Position numbers and translations under genes: made by a program. Shown here piece after piece: positions 11,398-21,819 of a stretch of 64,000 nt of DNA; the first letter of the stretch is position 1; each line of letters starts with the position of its first letter. Source of the stretch: Perkinsela sp. CCAP 1560/9 (Eukaryota; Protista; Euglenozoa: Kinetoplastea); the NCBI GenBank assembly GCA_965644495.1, contig CBFFSA010000013.1, forward strand, positions 248,001 through 312,000, given 5' to 3'. Below the pieces are notes generated by a model. That model was given only the letters and a program-made list of their open reading frames with translations, was not told the DNA's origin and searched no databases.

Positions 11398-11598
11398 AGG
11401 ATGAAGTAATCTGACAAAAATTACACTACTTTGTTAGTACATTAGTAATTTGTAGGTAAAACCGAATAAAGGTCGAATTTCCAGTTGAAACACATTCATA
11501 AGAAGGGATGTATGGTATATCATATGCCATACATGGGTACTACGAATTACGTTCATGCTATAATCTAATTGAAGGAAAGTGTATTATACATTACCGTT

Positions 11599-13278
11599 CT
11601 ACTGCGACGCCTCCATCGTGCTCCCTTCTTCGTTCTTCGTCAAATGAGTATTGGAAAAGTGAGAAAGATAATCCAAAGTGGGAATCGGACATGCTACATC
11701 TACGTCATCTTCCTTGGAGACCCCACCAGAGATCTCAGATTCCGTTTTTGTTTCGTTTGTACTTTCCGCGACCGACTCCTTTAAGCCTTCGGTGTCCGCC
11801 TTCTTGCCCTCCTCATCGCTGCCGGGGATTGCACCTGTGCTGACGAGTACCTCCGAGGCATTACAGACGGGACCCACGGTACTAAGACACAGACTTCCGG
11901 GGCGGTAGTATCGATTCATTACATCCCGGATACGCTCGGAGCTCACTGCATCGACGTGGGTGAAATATTCCTCAAGAGAAAGACGTTTGTCGGCGTGCAG
12001 GAGCTGACGTCCAATATCTTCCGCAATATTGGTGGTGCCATCGACGTTGAGTACCAGTGCAGCTTTCAGGTTCGACTTGGCAAGCTCGAGATCGCTGTCG
12101 GAGAGGCGGGTGGAGCACAACTCGGAGAAGAATTCCATCACGGAACGGAGGTGGTGCTGGACGTTGTTCTCCTGGGGGTATCCGATGAGATACACCCCCA
12201 TGAGACCGGAGTCAATGTACGGGGTGAAAAACGGGTTGAAGGTCTCTATCCGGGGATCGGGTTCCAAAACGGAGCCGCCGTCTTCGGTGGGGAAACGCAT
12301 TGCAAGACACTGAGGACTACGAAAGCGTTGTTTCGACATGAGGTCTCGATTGACACGGTTGTAGCTCCCTAGCAGATGCTGCACTACCTGCAAAGCGAAG
12401 ACGTCTTCACTGGCTATCCCACAGGTCTGGAAAGCGAGTGCGAGGTGCAGTGCGGGAAGCTCTTTGGACCACAACGTGTACTGCCCACCGGTGTAGATCG
12501 CTGCGTGATTCTCCCCACGGTCGCATTTCGGAGACAAATCTCCGAAATACTGGGAGGCCAGGGTCTCGAGGGACTTATGCGTGACACCTCCGGCCCCAAC
12601 AAGCACCATGCGGGGCCCTGTGTAGTGCTGATCCACGAAACGCACTATCATGTCTCGGTTGATGTGAGTGGAGATGTTCTGTTCGGGACCCAGAATGGTG
12701 AGACCCAGACTGCAGTCCCGGTACGCTGCGATGTGAAGATGATCCATCACGACTTCGTCCACCAGAAGTTCTACCTCTCGCATTTCTTCTAAAATGGTCG
12801 ATCTCTCGCGTTCTAAATCTTTCTCTGGGAGTTTGCTGTTTCGTAGGATGTCGGCCAGAATGCTAACCGCGTCCGGGACGTACTTTTTGAACACTTTAAC
12901 ATAATAGCTAGTGCGATCTCGTGCGGTGTATGCGTTCAAATGTCCTCCAATCTCTTCAAACTTGCGCTCCAGCTGTGCTTTTGTCATCGAACGTGTGCCT
13001 TTGAAGTTCATGTGCTCGAGAAAATGTGCCGTGCCGTTGATCTCCGGCGTCTCATAGCGGCTTCCGGCATCGATCCACACCCCCACAGTGGCTACTTCAC
13101 TTTCTGGATGCTCCTCACATGCGACGCGAAATCCATTTGGTAGTCGCGAGATGGTCGTAGGCGGGACTTTGTTGAGGATGTGACGTACAGACTGGGTGGG
13201 GGCAAAACCGGGCCGAGGAAAGACGCGTGGAAGACCTTTCAAATTTCCAATAGAAAGCAATCGACAACAGTAACGCAT
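11599..13278 (-). CDS. Mitochondrial processing peptidase beta subunit (M16 family)
   Basis: TVGVWIDAGSRYE, GTAHFLEHMNFKGT (HxxEH), LNAYT, EDIGRQLL; Arg-rich N-terminal presequence. Confidence 0.92.
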   Translation of the reverse strand: MRYCCRLLSIGNLKGLPRVFPRPGFAPTQSVRHILNKVPPTTISRLPNGFRVACEEHPESEVATVGVWIDAGSRYETPEINGTAHFLEHMNFKGTRSMTKAQLERKFEEIGGHLNAYTARDRTSYYVKVFKKYVPDAVSILADILRNSKLPEKDLERERSTILEEMREVELLVDEVVMDHLHIAAYRDCSLGLTILGPEQNISTHINRDMIVRFVDQHYTGPRMVLVGAGGVTHKSLETLASQYFGDLSPKCDRGENHAAIYTGGQYTLWSKELPALHLALAFQTCGIASEDVFALQVVQHLLGSYNRVNRDLMSKQRFRSPQCLAMRFPTEDGGSVLEPDPRIETFNPFFTPYIDSGLMGVYLIGYPQENNVQHHLRSVMEFFSELCSTRLSDSDLELAKSNLKAALVLNVDGTTNIAEDIGRQLLHADKRLSLEEYFTHVDAVSSERIRDVMNRYYRPGSLCLSTVGPVCNASEVLVSTGAIPGSDEEGKKADTEGLKESVAESTNETKTESEISGGVSKEDDVDVACPIPTLDYLSHFSNTHLTKNEEGSTMEASQ

Positions 13279-13557
13279 TTTTGTAGCTGAGAAATGAGGT
13301 AACTAGTAATACGCGAATAAGAAGATTGTTGAAAACTATTTACACAGTTAGTAGTATAAACTACTAAAGGGCCTTGTACGATTAAATTACGGTTAAAGGG
13401 CCTTTTACGATAAAATTACATGTTATCATCCGTGGAGACACTACATAATTTCGTTCACAAAAGTAATATTTTTGATCTCGGTAAACACGTATATTTTGAA
13501 CAAAGTAACGTCAAAATCTTCACTCATCGAGAGTTGAGAGGACATCTGTGCAGTACG

Positions 13558-16410
13558 TCACACGCTTGCTTCATGCTCAGGATCCTTTTCCGTGAACACA
13601 ATACCTTCCAGAATTCGGTTCTTTGCCACGGGACGGACGGCGCTAGGCGGGAGTTCGGCACGGTCGGAAGACTGCAGCACGACAGGTGAGTTTTGAGTCT
13701 GAAACCCTGTAATCCTTTTCGGTTTTCCCGCCATTGCAACCGTATCTACTGCCGTCCCTACTCGTACAGGTTGCTGTTCGAGCGGTTTCCCCTCACCATC
13801 GACCAAAATCAGATGTCTGGGACGCATAGATGCCGCCAGGCTCATCCACAGATACGAATATTTCGCAACGCTTACCTCAGGGGTTAGCATGGAGAACACA
13901 GCGGTGAGGATACCACACAGTGAGGTAGAAGAGGCGAGTAGGCCATCACTGTGAACGGCTCGTAGCGTCATCTGCCCTTTTCCTAACTCTACCAGACCTA
14001 GTGCGATGTGACAGAGCAGCCAGCACTCCGGGTTGCGTACGTGAAAACCACAAAGCGAGCGCAGCATTGTGGCCGCACGTACACTCCGGGTACCTGCCCC
14101 AACAAGTCCAATGGCAAAGATCGCGGCCTGAGCGGTAGCCGCGTCGGTGTCATGGCTGAGCTTACTAAGGGTTTCGAGCACGGTCACATGCGGATCGGAG
14201 AGAGATAGCAAGGCGATACATAATGGAAGGGCGCGGCGTGCGTGAAGATCCCCAAAATGGAGGATGTGGTCCATTACCCGACAGGCAACCTCACGCCCAA
14301 TATTCTCCCCGAAGGCAACAAGGCCGATGCCCAAGGTCGCGATCGTGTGTGGGCGGAGAAACAAAGAAACCTCTTTCGAAGACTTTGGTTTCCGTACGCC
14401 CCGCCTCGCGGATTGTCCAGATATCAGAGTCGCCAAATCCGGTCCTTTTGCGGATCCTTCTTTGGGTTTGACATCCTCGGCGGGGGTACCGGCCTCCTCA
14501 CTTGGTTTCGGGTCCGTATTTTCGTTATGCTTCACCTTTGAGTCAGATTCTTTGTCCCTTTTATCTTTGCTCAGGGTTTGTTTCGTCCCTTCTCGTATCA
14601 AGTGAAGTAGTTTTTGTACAATCAGTACATTGCCTGTACCCGCATATGCCAGTGCCGTCAGTAGAGTCTCAATGAAGACGCGAACCTCGGATGATAATGT
14701 GTGAACTGTGCTCAGAAGAGTCTCGACTCGATCTTGCTGTCCTAGAAAAAGTAATCCGAGTCCAAGGATTAGATAGGGCGCTGTGAAATTTTCAGTAAGA
14801 ACTGCAGACTCCTTCTCCATGAGACAAAGAAGCATGGTTTCCACGAGATCCTCGTGCGCGGTGCCAACAAATACGAAGCCGAGAGCTAGTGCTGCAAAGG
14901 ATTGCAGACTAATGTCCATGCTAGAGTCAGCCACAAATGGGACTAGGATGGACAGAATTTGTTCACTTCGTGTCCCTGCGTACGCAAGTCCAAGTCCCAA
15001 TATGGAACACATTCGAATCTCTGTATTTTCAACGTACAAATTTTCCGTAAGCAGTGATAACGCGGGATCAAACTGGGAGCACACTCCGTGGCACACCACC
15101 CCAACACCCAGCGCTGCTCCCGCCCGTATCCGCACATTCTCGGAGCTAAGATACTTCTCCAGGGCGTTCAACCCCTCTGTGGGATTTCCTAAGTGCAGTA
15201 ATGCAACAGAGGCAACCGCCGAGATGACACGTTGCTCTCTTTGCCCATGCAGCCACTCATTGTCCTGCAGTGTAGTGAGTTTGTCGGTGCCAAATCCTGC
15301 ATTGGAGAAACCACTTAGCAGAGTGTAGGCCAGGTGTCGGAGATAACGTGGGGTGTTGGATGCGTGCAGTGTGGTGCGTTGATCCATTAGATGTGGTTTC
15401 GCAACCTCCTCAGGGGCTTTTGGCTCCAAGGCGTCTAGCGCTTTGCTACAATGTAGAAAATACTCTGGGATTTTTTCCTGAAGGTCAGTCCACGCAGGAC
15501 AACAGGCTACGAGATCATATGCCCCGTGACGGTTGCAGAGTATGAGAAGCTGCTGCTGTACCAGGGGGTCCGCGGCGGCGAGATCTAAAAGTTCTTTTGC
15601 TTTTTCGTGATCGGAAAGCTTTAATGCCATGCGCATTGCATCATACAGTGCCCCGAAACATTGGTACAATTCTCCACAATGTCGATATATTTTTCCGTCC
15701 TCTCCTTCTGGCAGATAGGGAGCGAGAGCCAGGAGGTAGTCACACGTACGAACATAGTTGTCCATGGTGCAGCGTGAAGTTAACAAGTCCATTCTGTCGA
15801 TTTCCAGAAGTAGATCAACGGCATTCGGCTCTCCATTGTGAGAAAACTCGAACTGAACAATTTCCTGCAATAGGGGAAGCAAGCTTTCACGGAGTTGGGT
15901 TTCTTTTTCTGCTCCTTTCCATGTAGTGACAAACTGAGTAGACAGTTGACGGACGTAGTGGTGCCCCCAAATATCCAATGCCAGAGTTCCTTTTCGTTTC
16001 CAATCAAGACACTGTGTCTGTTTTTCAGCCGATGGAAATGCCATCGAAAGTATCGATAAGATATCACTTAGCCGCTGTAAGAAATTTTCCGGTAAACCTG
16101 TATTCGGTATTTTTGAAAGGGCTTCGTAGCGCTCCGTGAGTGAGGGAATATGAGGTCGCAGATACTTCAGAGGTTTCGGAATTCCGGTCAACGAATTCGA
16201 GTATGTGTCACGCATCATACTCCCAAGTTGATCCACTGCGCTAGAGGCTATCTCCAGATTACTGTCCTGAATACGAGAAACACATAAATCCACTCCCTCC
16301 ATAATTCTTATGTCTTCATCCGAGAGCGTTGATTCTTTCTTATTAACTCCTTGATCTTCATCTTTACCGGAGCGATTTACTTTCTTGCTATCTTTTTCTG
16401 GTTTGGCCAT
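13558..16410 (-). CDS. RPN1: 26S proteasome regulatory subunit RPN1 (PSMD2)
   Basis: IPKPLKYLRPH, PC repeats, LSKLSHD, VRVGTAVDTVAMAGKPKRITGFQT. Confidence 0.95.
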   Translation of the reverse strand: MAKPEKDSKKVNRSGKDEDQGVNKKESTLSDEDIRIMEGVDLCVSRIQDSNLEIASSAVDQLGSMMRDTYSNSLTGIPKPLKYLRPHIPSLTERYEALSKIPNTGLPENFLQRLSDILSILSMAFPSAEKQTQCLDWKRKGTLALDIWGHHYVRQLSTQFVTTWKGAEKETQLRESLLPLLQEIVQFEFSHNGEPNAVDLLLEIDRMDLLTSRCTMDNYVRTCDYLLALAPYLPEGEDGKIYRHCGELYQCFGALYDAMRMALKLSDHEKAKELLDLAAADPLVQQQLLILCNRHGAYDLVACCPAWTDLQEKIPEYFLHCSKALDALEPKAPEEVAKPHLMDQRTTLHASNTPRYLRHLAYTLLSGFSNAGFGTDKLTTLQDNEWLHGQREQRVISAVASVALLHLGNPTEGLNALEKYLSSENVRIRAGAALGVGVVCHGVCSQFDPALSLLTENLYVENTEIRMCSILGLGLAYAGTRSEQILSILVPFVADSSMDISLQSFAALALGFVFVGTAHEDLVETMLLCLMEKESAVLTENFTAPYLILGLGLLFLGQQDRVETLLSTVHTLSSEVRVFIETLLTALAYAGTGNVLIVQKLLHLIREGTKQTLSKDKRDKESDSKVKHNENTDPKPSEEAGTPAEDVKPKEGSAKGPDLATLISGQSARRGVRKPKSSKEVSLFLRPHTIATLGIGLVAFGENIGREVACRVMDHILHFGDLHARRALPLCIALLSLSDPHVTVLETLSKLSHDTDAATAQAAIFAIGLVGAGTRSVRAATMLRSLCGFHVRNPECWLLCHIALGLVELGKGQMTLRAVHSDGLLASSTSLCGILTAVFSMLTPEVSVAKYSYLWMSLAASMRPRHLILVDGEGKPLEQQPVRVGTAVDTVAMAGKPKRITGFQTQNSPVVLQSSDRAELPPSAVRPVAKNRILEGIVFTEKDPEHEASV

Positions 16411-16543
16411 CAAAAATAACGTAAATATAAAGGAAAAATGCTCTTTACGCTACGGTACAATGACATGCTTCCCGTTTATATTCTTTAACGTAGCTTTACG
16501 CACAATATACACACCACTAAAATAAAAATGAATGCAGAATTGT

Positions 16544-17320
16544 TCAAAGACCACATGACTCACCGAGCAGTCCGGTGCCATCACTCGTTGCCTCGGTATT
16601 TGTCTTATTTTCTGTATCCTGTCGAGATAAATATTTCTTAAAGTACCATGACCTCCTTTTCGAGACCTGTTTCCAGTAATTGTGCAGATGGGCTTGCGTC
16701 CGGCTGTAAAACGAGCTCAGGCTCTCCTCCAGAATCACCGTCATCGCGGGGGCGCTGACGCTAAAATACATTTCCTCAGCTTGGAGCGCCGTAACGCTTT
16801 GCCCTTTTTTCCGCATCGCGTGGACGTGGCTCTCCACCTGGCGGTAGACATTCTCCGTGTACTCTGCCGGGGGCTTCCAGTCGAGATCCACCCACTGGCC
16901 TTGACTAAACCCTTTAATCTGGGGGTAACGCAGCAGCGGCCGCGTGGCCTCCGGAAGCCGCTCCTTTTGGATCTCATAGAAGTGTAGCCGTGGGTAGTGG
17001 CTCTCGAGTCGGTGGCAGAGATACTCCAGTACTTTTCCCATCGCGTTGCATGCGGTACAGTTCTCCTGGGAGTACTGTGCAACCATAACATCCGAGGAGT
17101 GGGCATAGTGCTGGAGCAGACGTCGTAGGACAAACTCACTGGGGACCACACGGACGCATTTGGTCGGGAATTCCGCGTTCAGGGGGTTGATACCCGCCCC
17201 CTCACGGGCGTAGTCACTCGTAGCCCCCTGGGGGTTCGCCGTGTTGATGGTCTGGGACTTCATCCAAAGCTGGCGGAAGAAGTCAGAGTCGGATCCAGGT
17301 GGCTTGAAGTTGGAGCTCAT
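16544..17320 (-). CDS. Thioredoxin-like fold protein (CxxC = CTAC)
   Basis: YSQENCTACNAMGKVLEYL...LHFYEI...RYPQIKGF follows the thioredoxin pattern; same strand as the cluster. Confidence 0.6.
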   Translation of the reverse strand: MSSNFKPPGSDSDFFRQLWMKSQTINTANPQGATSDYAREGAGINPLNAEFPTKCVRVVPSEFVLRRLLQHYAHSSDVMVAQYSQENCTACNAMGKVLEYLCHRLESHYPRLHFYEIQKERLPEATRPLLRYPQIKGFSQGQWVDLDWKPPAEYTENVYRQVESHVHAMRKKGQSVTALQAEEMYFSVSAPAMTVILEESLSSFYSRTQAHLHNYWKQVSKRRSWYFKKYLSRQDTENKTNTEATSDGTGLLGESCGL

Positions 17321-17551
17321 TTTGCCATTTACAGTTTAGAATGAAAATGTGAAAAAGTGAGAAGTGCGTAATCCGATCAGTGAATCCCCAAGCCAACACT
17401 TTCGCTAAATATTTTACATGTCAGTATTTTTAATTTACGATACTAGATGGTCAATACATTCATAAGTAAGGATCTTATATGTTCATTTCATCTTTACTTG
17501 GACCATTACTTCCCTTCCTTTTGTCTTTTCTTCCATCCTTTCAAGTCTTCT

Positions 17552-18007
17552 TTATGCCACCAAGGCGCTTGCGCTGCCGGATTCGTATCGCCACGTGGCC
17601 GGAAGCTGCTTCGTACGTTTGTAGTATCGTGCCAGACGGTGAATACGGGATTCGACCAAAATCAGTCGGAACTTGGTATCCAAATCCTTTCGGTTCTTCT
17701 CCAGGTGCTTACGCATGGACACGGCTTTACGAATCATGTGGTACAGATCCTCCGGGATCTCAGGCGCCAATCCCTTGTGCTTCAGAATACGAAGAATCTT
17801 ACGTCCGGTGACGGATTTGACTTGTCCGATTCCCTGACTGTCTCGCAGGTGGGTGCCGATGGCCGACGGGGTGAGTCCCTTACGGGCGAGTGTTGTGATT
17901 TGCTGCACCACCTCACGTGCGGTTGTTTTCAGCCACGTAGGAACGGCGCGACGGTAAGGGAGAGAGCTTCCGCTAATTCCCTTGCCATTTCCGTGCATGC
18001 GGCCCAT
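17552..18007 (-). CDS. RPS13: 40S ribosomal protein S13 (uS15)
   Basis: [18 protein letters not shown]...[19 protein letters not shown], 151 aa. Confidence 0.98.
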   Translation of the reverse strand: MGRMHGNGKGISGSSLPYRRAVPTWLKTTAREVVQQITTLARKGLTPSAIGTHLRDSQGIGQVKSVTGRKILRILKHKGLAPEIPEDLYHMIRKAVSMRKHLEKNRKDLDTKFRLILVESRIHRLARYYKRTKQLPATWRYESGSASALVA

Positions 18008-18256
18008 GATGTGAGATGTGAATAATTAATAATGAGCGTCGAAAAAAATCTACAGAGAAAACAATGGGTAGGTGATTCAAATTGGTTTACTAAAATTTCG
18101 AAAGCAGAAACTATCTCCACCGTTTACTAGTTCTGTGTTTATATGGTATACCTGATCAAGAGTTCATAAAAAAATGTATCACTGCCCAAACAATTGTCAT
18201 AATGGAACATCAAGTTTGAAATGCAAACTTTGAATACCGGAATTCTCACCCTATAG

Positions 18257-19297
18257 TTAAAACTTCCGTCGCCTCTTTCTTCCCGTGTATTTCGTATCCG
18301 GCCGGGTAGGCTCCCCGTGGATGCGTCGCAACTCTTTTTTCATCCGGATCCACGCCCGAGTCCCTTTCAATGGACGCCCAGAGGAGGACGCACCTCGAAC
18401 ACTTTTCTGAACACGAACCGTCTTTTTCGACCCCTTCCCCACAGCTACCCTCTCCTCCCCGTCTTCTGCAGCCCTCTCAGAACCACTCCCCTCCTCCTCC
18501 TCCTCCTCCTCCTCCGTACTACACCCCAACACCTCCTCATCCACCACTCTCTTCCGTTTCCTCCCCCCTCCCTCCCCCCTTTCCCTCCCCCCCTCCCTCC
18601 TCACCCCCCCACCCCCTCCCTCCCCCCTCCCCGGCCGCGTCATCAGCACCAGGAACACCTTCCGTGCCCGTGTGCTGTGCGGGTGGTCCACCACCACCCC
18701 GCCCCCGAACCCCGCCCGGGTCGCGGCACGGGTCACCAAGTCCCGCTGCGCCGCGCTCTCCGGGTAGAACTGCACCACCGCCCTCGCCCCGGGCCGCAGC
18801 ACCGCGAGGAGCGTCGCGAAGAACCGGCGCAGCCTGCGGTGGGGGTTGTGCCCGGAGGCGTCCGCCCCGCACAGCCACTGCACCGCGGAGACGCTGATGG
18901 CGCCATCGAAGGTGGCGGGGCGGAAGGGGAGGCCGGCGCCCAGGTCGTGCCGGAGCAGGCCCCCGGGGTCGTGGTGGGGGGGGAGGGACTGGGCGGCGCG
19001 GAGCATGGGGTCGCTGAGGTCGAGCCCGAGCCAGTGGTGGCCGGAGTCCCGGAGGACGGCCCCGCTGAGGCCGGTGCCGCAGCCGAGGTCGAGGAGGAGG
19101 CGGGGGGGGGAGAAGGAGGAGGAGGAGGAGGAGGAGGAGGAGGAGGAGACGGGGGGGAGGGCAAGGAGTTCGGTGGCCCGGATGGCGAGATCGCGTTGGA
19201 CTTTGGTGAGATGGGAGGAGGTGTGGTATTTGTGGGCGTGGTCGGGGGTGTAGATGAATTCGGGAGGGGCGATGTGTTCGGGGCGGCGTCCGACCAT
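18257..19297 (-). CDS. BUD23: 18S rRNA (guanine-N7) methyltransferase BUD23/WBSCR22
   Basis: RRPEHIAPPE start, LLDLGCGTGLSG, LPFRPATFDGAISVSAVQWLC, AVVQFYPE, C-terminal KYTGRKRR; start moved to ATG 19297. Confidence 0.93.
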   Translation of the reverse strand: MVGRRPEHIAPPEFIYTPDHAHKYHTSSHLTKVQRDLAIRATELLALPPVSSSSSSSSSSSFSPPRLLLDLGCGTGLSGAVLRDSGHHWLGLDLSDPMLRAAQSLPPHHDPGGLLRHDLGAGLPFRPATFDGAISVSAVQWLCGADASGHNPHRRLRRFFATLLAVLRPGARAVVQFYPESAAQRDLVTRAATRAGFGGGVVVDHPHSTRARKVFLVLMTRPGRGEGGGGGVRREGGRERGEGGGRKRKRVVDEEVLGCSTEEEEEEEEGSGSERAAEDGEERVAVGKGSKKTVRVQKSVRGASSSGRPLKGTRAWIRMKKELRRIHGEPTRPDTKYTGRKRRRKF

Positions 19298-19612
19298 GGA
19301 GGGGGGAAATAAAAGGAGAGAAGGAGGAGAAAGGTTTTCTTCGCTTTGTGTGGGTTTTTGGTTTTTGGTGGGTGAAGGAAAGGGGGATGAAAAGGAGGAT
19401 GGGAAAATAGATTTAGAGAGGAGATAGCAAAGGAAAAATTGCGTGCACTTGTACATAAATGTAGCAAAGCGGAACCGGGAAAATATACAATGTACAAAGT
19501 TTACAGAATTTAAGCTATACATACATAACATTTACGTGTATAAGCACAGCAAAAGAAAACACGTGTTACGAAATAAAGCAAGAACATAGAACAAATGTAC
19601 ACTTTGATGCGT

Positions 19613-20518
19613 TTATGAACACATCGACAGAAGCGAACGGTACAAAAAGAGGAGTACGTCGATGACAAGTGCAATAAGGAGAACTCCGAGACAACAGAAC
19701 AATGGGGTGTGCCGACGAACGAAATCTGCTCCAAGGGTGTCGCTTTCTGCATCATCCAATACTGCATTTTGTACCATTTCCTTCTCCACAGTTTCTCCAA
19801 GTGATTTATCGGACAAATTCGTGTTTTTCGATTCACGAAATGATGACATTTCGCTAGACAGAGGAATTGTATCAAACGACGTGGAGCCATTCGACCCAAG
19901 ATTTTCGCTACACGGTCCAACTTCCGAACGTTCGTACAAAGAATTTGGCGTGTGTGGCTTTCTCGAAGTTCGATTCGGGGACTGCTGCGACACAAGCCAT
20001 CGAACAAGTCGTGGTGCAGGATGTGGAGGTAATGTATTCTCTTTCCTTTTCCGAGGTGATTGCGCTGTTGAAAATGTTGAGTGCGAACGCGAGAGAGTGT
20101 CTGTATTGACGTTGTCATTTTCGGAGACTGATCTACTAGCTCGTGCTGATTCTGGTATTCCGTTGCTAAGAATTCCACTCAATCGCCGACGCTGTGGCTT
20201 TTTACGAATTCCGTTTCTAAACGAGCGACGAGAAGGATTTTTGTTCTTCCCCAAAACATCACCACTTGATGTTAAATGCAAGTTTTCAGAAGACTCGGAG
20301 CATGTGCTTGTATTCATTAGATTCTGACAGGATTGTGTACGTCGATGATTTATGTTCGGCCTTTCGTGATCAGACATTCGAAAAAAAAGAGACTCCGTAC
20401 AGTATACGGATCCATACGCTTGGGTGAAAGGTGATTTAGTGCCGTGGTACTCGGAAAGCGTGAAAAACGCTACAAGTACGAACGGCAGATAACTTTCACC
20501 GGGCATTTTTATTGACAT
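19613..20518 (-). CDS. Hypothetical protein with C-terminal transmembrane anchor
   Basis: 301-aa ORF on the cluster strand; Ser/Arg-rich body and hydrophobic tail LFCCLGVLLIALVIDVLLFLY; start uncertain. Confidence 0.55.
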   Translation of the reverse strand: MSIKMPGESYLPFVLVAFFTLSEYHGTKSPFTQAYGSVYCTESLFFRMSDHERPNINHRRTQSCQNLMNTSTCSESSENLHLTSSGDVLGKNKNPSRRSFRNGIRKKPQRRRLSGILSNGIPESARASRSVSENDNVNTDTLSRSHSTFSTAQSPRKRKENTLPPHPAPRLVRWLVSQQSPNRTSRKPHTPNSLYERSEVGPCSENLGSNGSTSFDTIPLSSEMSSFRESKNTNLSDKSLGETVEKEMVQNAVLDDAESDTLGADFVRRHTPLFCCLGVLLIALVIDVLLFLYRSLLSMCS

Positions 20519-20667
20519 TGTGAAATCAGAGCCGCAGGACGTGTGATAGAAATGATGGCTGTATACATGCTAAGAATGGGTTGAGTACGGTAAAAAATAT
20601 CTAGAATGCAAAAAGAACTGTTCAGAGTAAAGGTTACTATTTTCACAAATTTTCTTTTAAAAAAATC

Positions 20668-20720
20668 GGGTAATGCGCACTTAATTTTGAAAGTGGGTGC
20701 AATGTAAGTGGTCTGTACCC
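20668..20720 (+). mobile_element. 53-bp internally deleted Merlin element (fused TIR ends)
   Basis: GGGTAATGCGCACTTA (left end) is joined directly to TTTTGAAAGTGGGTGCAATGTAAGTGGTCTGTACCC (right end), matching the ends of 30493-31796; flanks AAAAAATC/GAAAATTC match 6/8 as a decayed TSD. Confidence 0.85.
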
Positions 20721-21516
20721 GAAAATTCGCTATAAAGTACTGAAATCTAGGTGTATGGTAATCACAAAAAAATTGTCCCCTTACTTTCTATAAGTCCATG
20801 GGGTTTAAGTTAATTTTGTCAACTGAGTACGTTTAGTTCAGTTCTTAATATGTCCAAGTTATTTACACTTGATGGTTCTCCGTAAGGGATGTAAATCCCT
20901 AAGTGGGACATGGAGAAAAAAGGGAAACTGTTTTTTATTGCGACAATAAAAATTATGCAAAATGAATATTATCCCCTGTTTGCAGATGTTTCTAAAGTGA
21001 GAGAAGACATGTGACGACAAAAAATAAACTCTTTTTAGAAACTTTATTGTCCGATATTTCATCTCTCACAACAGAGATATCTAGCCGAATTTTAAAAGCA
21101 ATCAACATGATAATTTTTAAAGACCTAGTAACATGGACATGCTTTCTACAATATAGCGGAGTGGCTCTTAGATATTCTGTGGAATAAGTTTCTTACCTAG
21201 AATCTTAGATTATTTTCAGTTTTATAAAAGTTGTCCTAAAGAACATGTCCCCGAAGAAGGAGAAGACTACGAGCAGGTATGGTACACAACCATCCCCCTC
21301 AACCCTCGTCTAACCTCTCTCGAGTTCAATGAAGTTCTCCCCTCCGATCACCCTCTAACTCTCCTCGCACAAGGACGGAAAATCTGCCCACCAGCACCCT
21401 TCATCAATCTCTCCACCTAACCACGGTAAACCCCATCTTTAACTCCCTTCACACTCCTGGCTTCCCAACGCACCCGACCAGCCCCGTTCGTCTCTTACCC
21501 CATGTCAACGTTTTAG

Positions 21517-21819
21517 TTGTCCTGCAGAATTCGTGTTCGCAGTCGGGCAAGACAACTTAATGTTCAACATTGCATTCGAAACTATCGATATGTATGGCTT
21601 GGTGATGAAACGAAAATGTATGTTGATCGTGATCCGGAACGTACTTCCCTTGCACCTGCTGGAATACCGAATGTGAAAATTGTTGGAACAAATGAAAAAG
21701 AAACGGTTATTGTGTTTCTTGCAGGTCTCTATGATGTGAGAGACTCCAAAGTTCGTTCTCTTCCCCCAACTATTCTTTTCGAGTCTAGGCAAAAGACAAG
21801 AGATCTTCCAGTATTCTAA
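21517..21819 (+). pseudogene. Degenerate pogo/Tc1-mariner (DDE_1-like) transposase fragment
   Basis: WLGDETKMYVD..ERTSLAPAGIPNVKIVGTNEKETVIVFLAG..SLPPTILF resembles the pogo core N-x-DET...TL..KG...V......K..T V.L......KLPP.IIF; antisense to the cluster, in a 2-kb gene-free gap, flanked by stops. Confidence 0.55.

Noticed and set aside
18317-19497. Long overlapping Pro/Gly-rich ORFs around BUD23 (similar ones around eIF6 and the MFS gene)
   Set aside because: These are shadow ORFs caused by high GC and stop-codon scarcity, with low-complexity translations.
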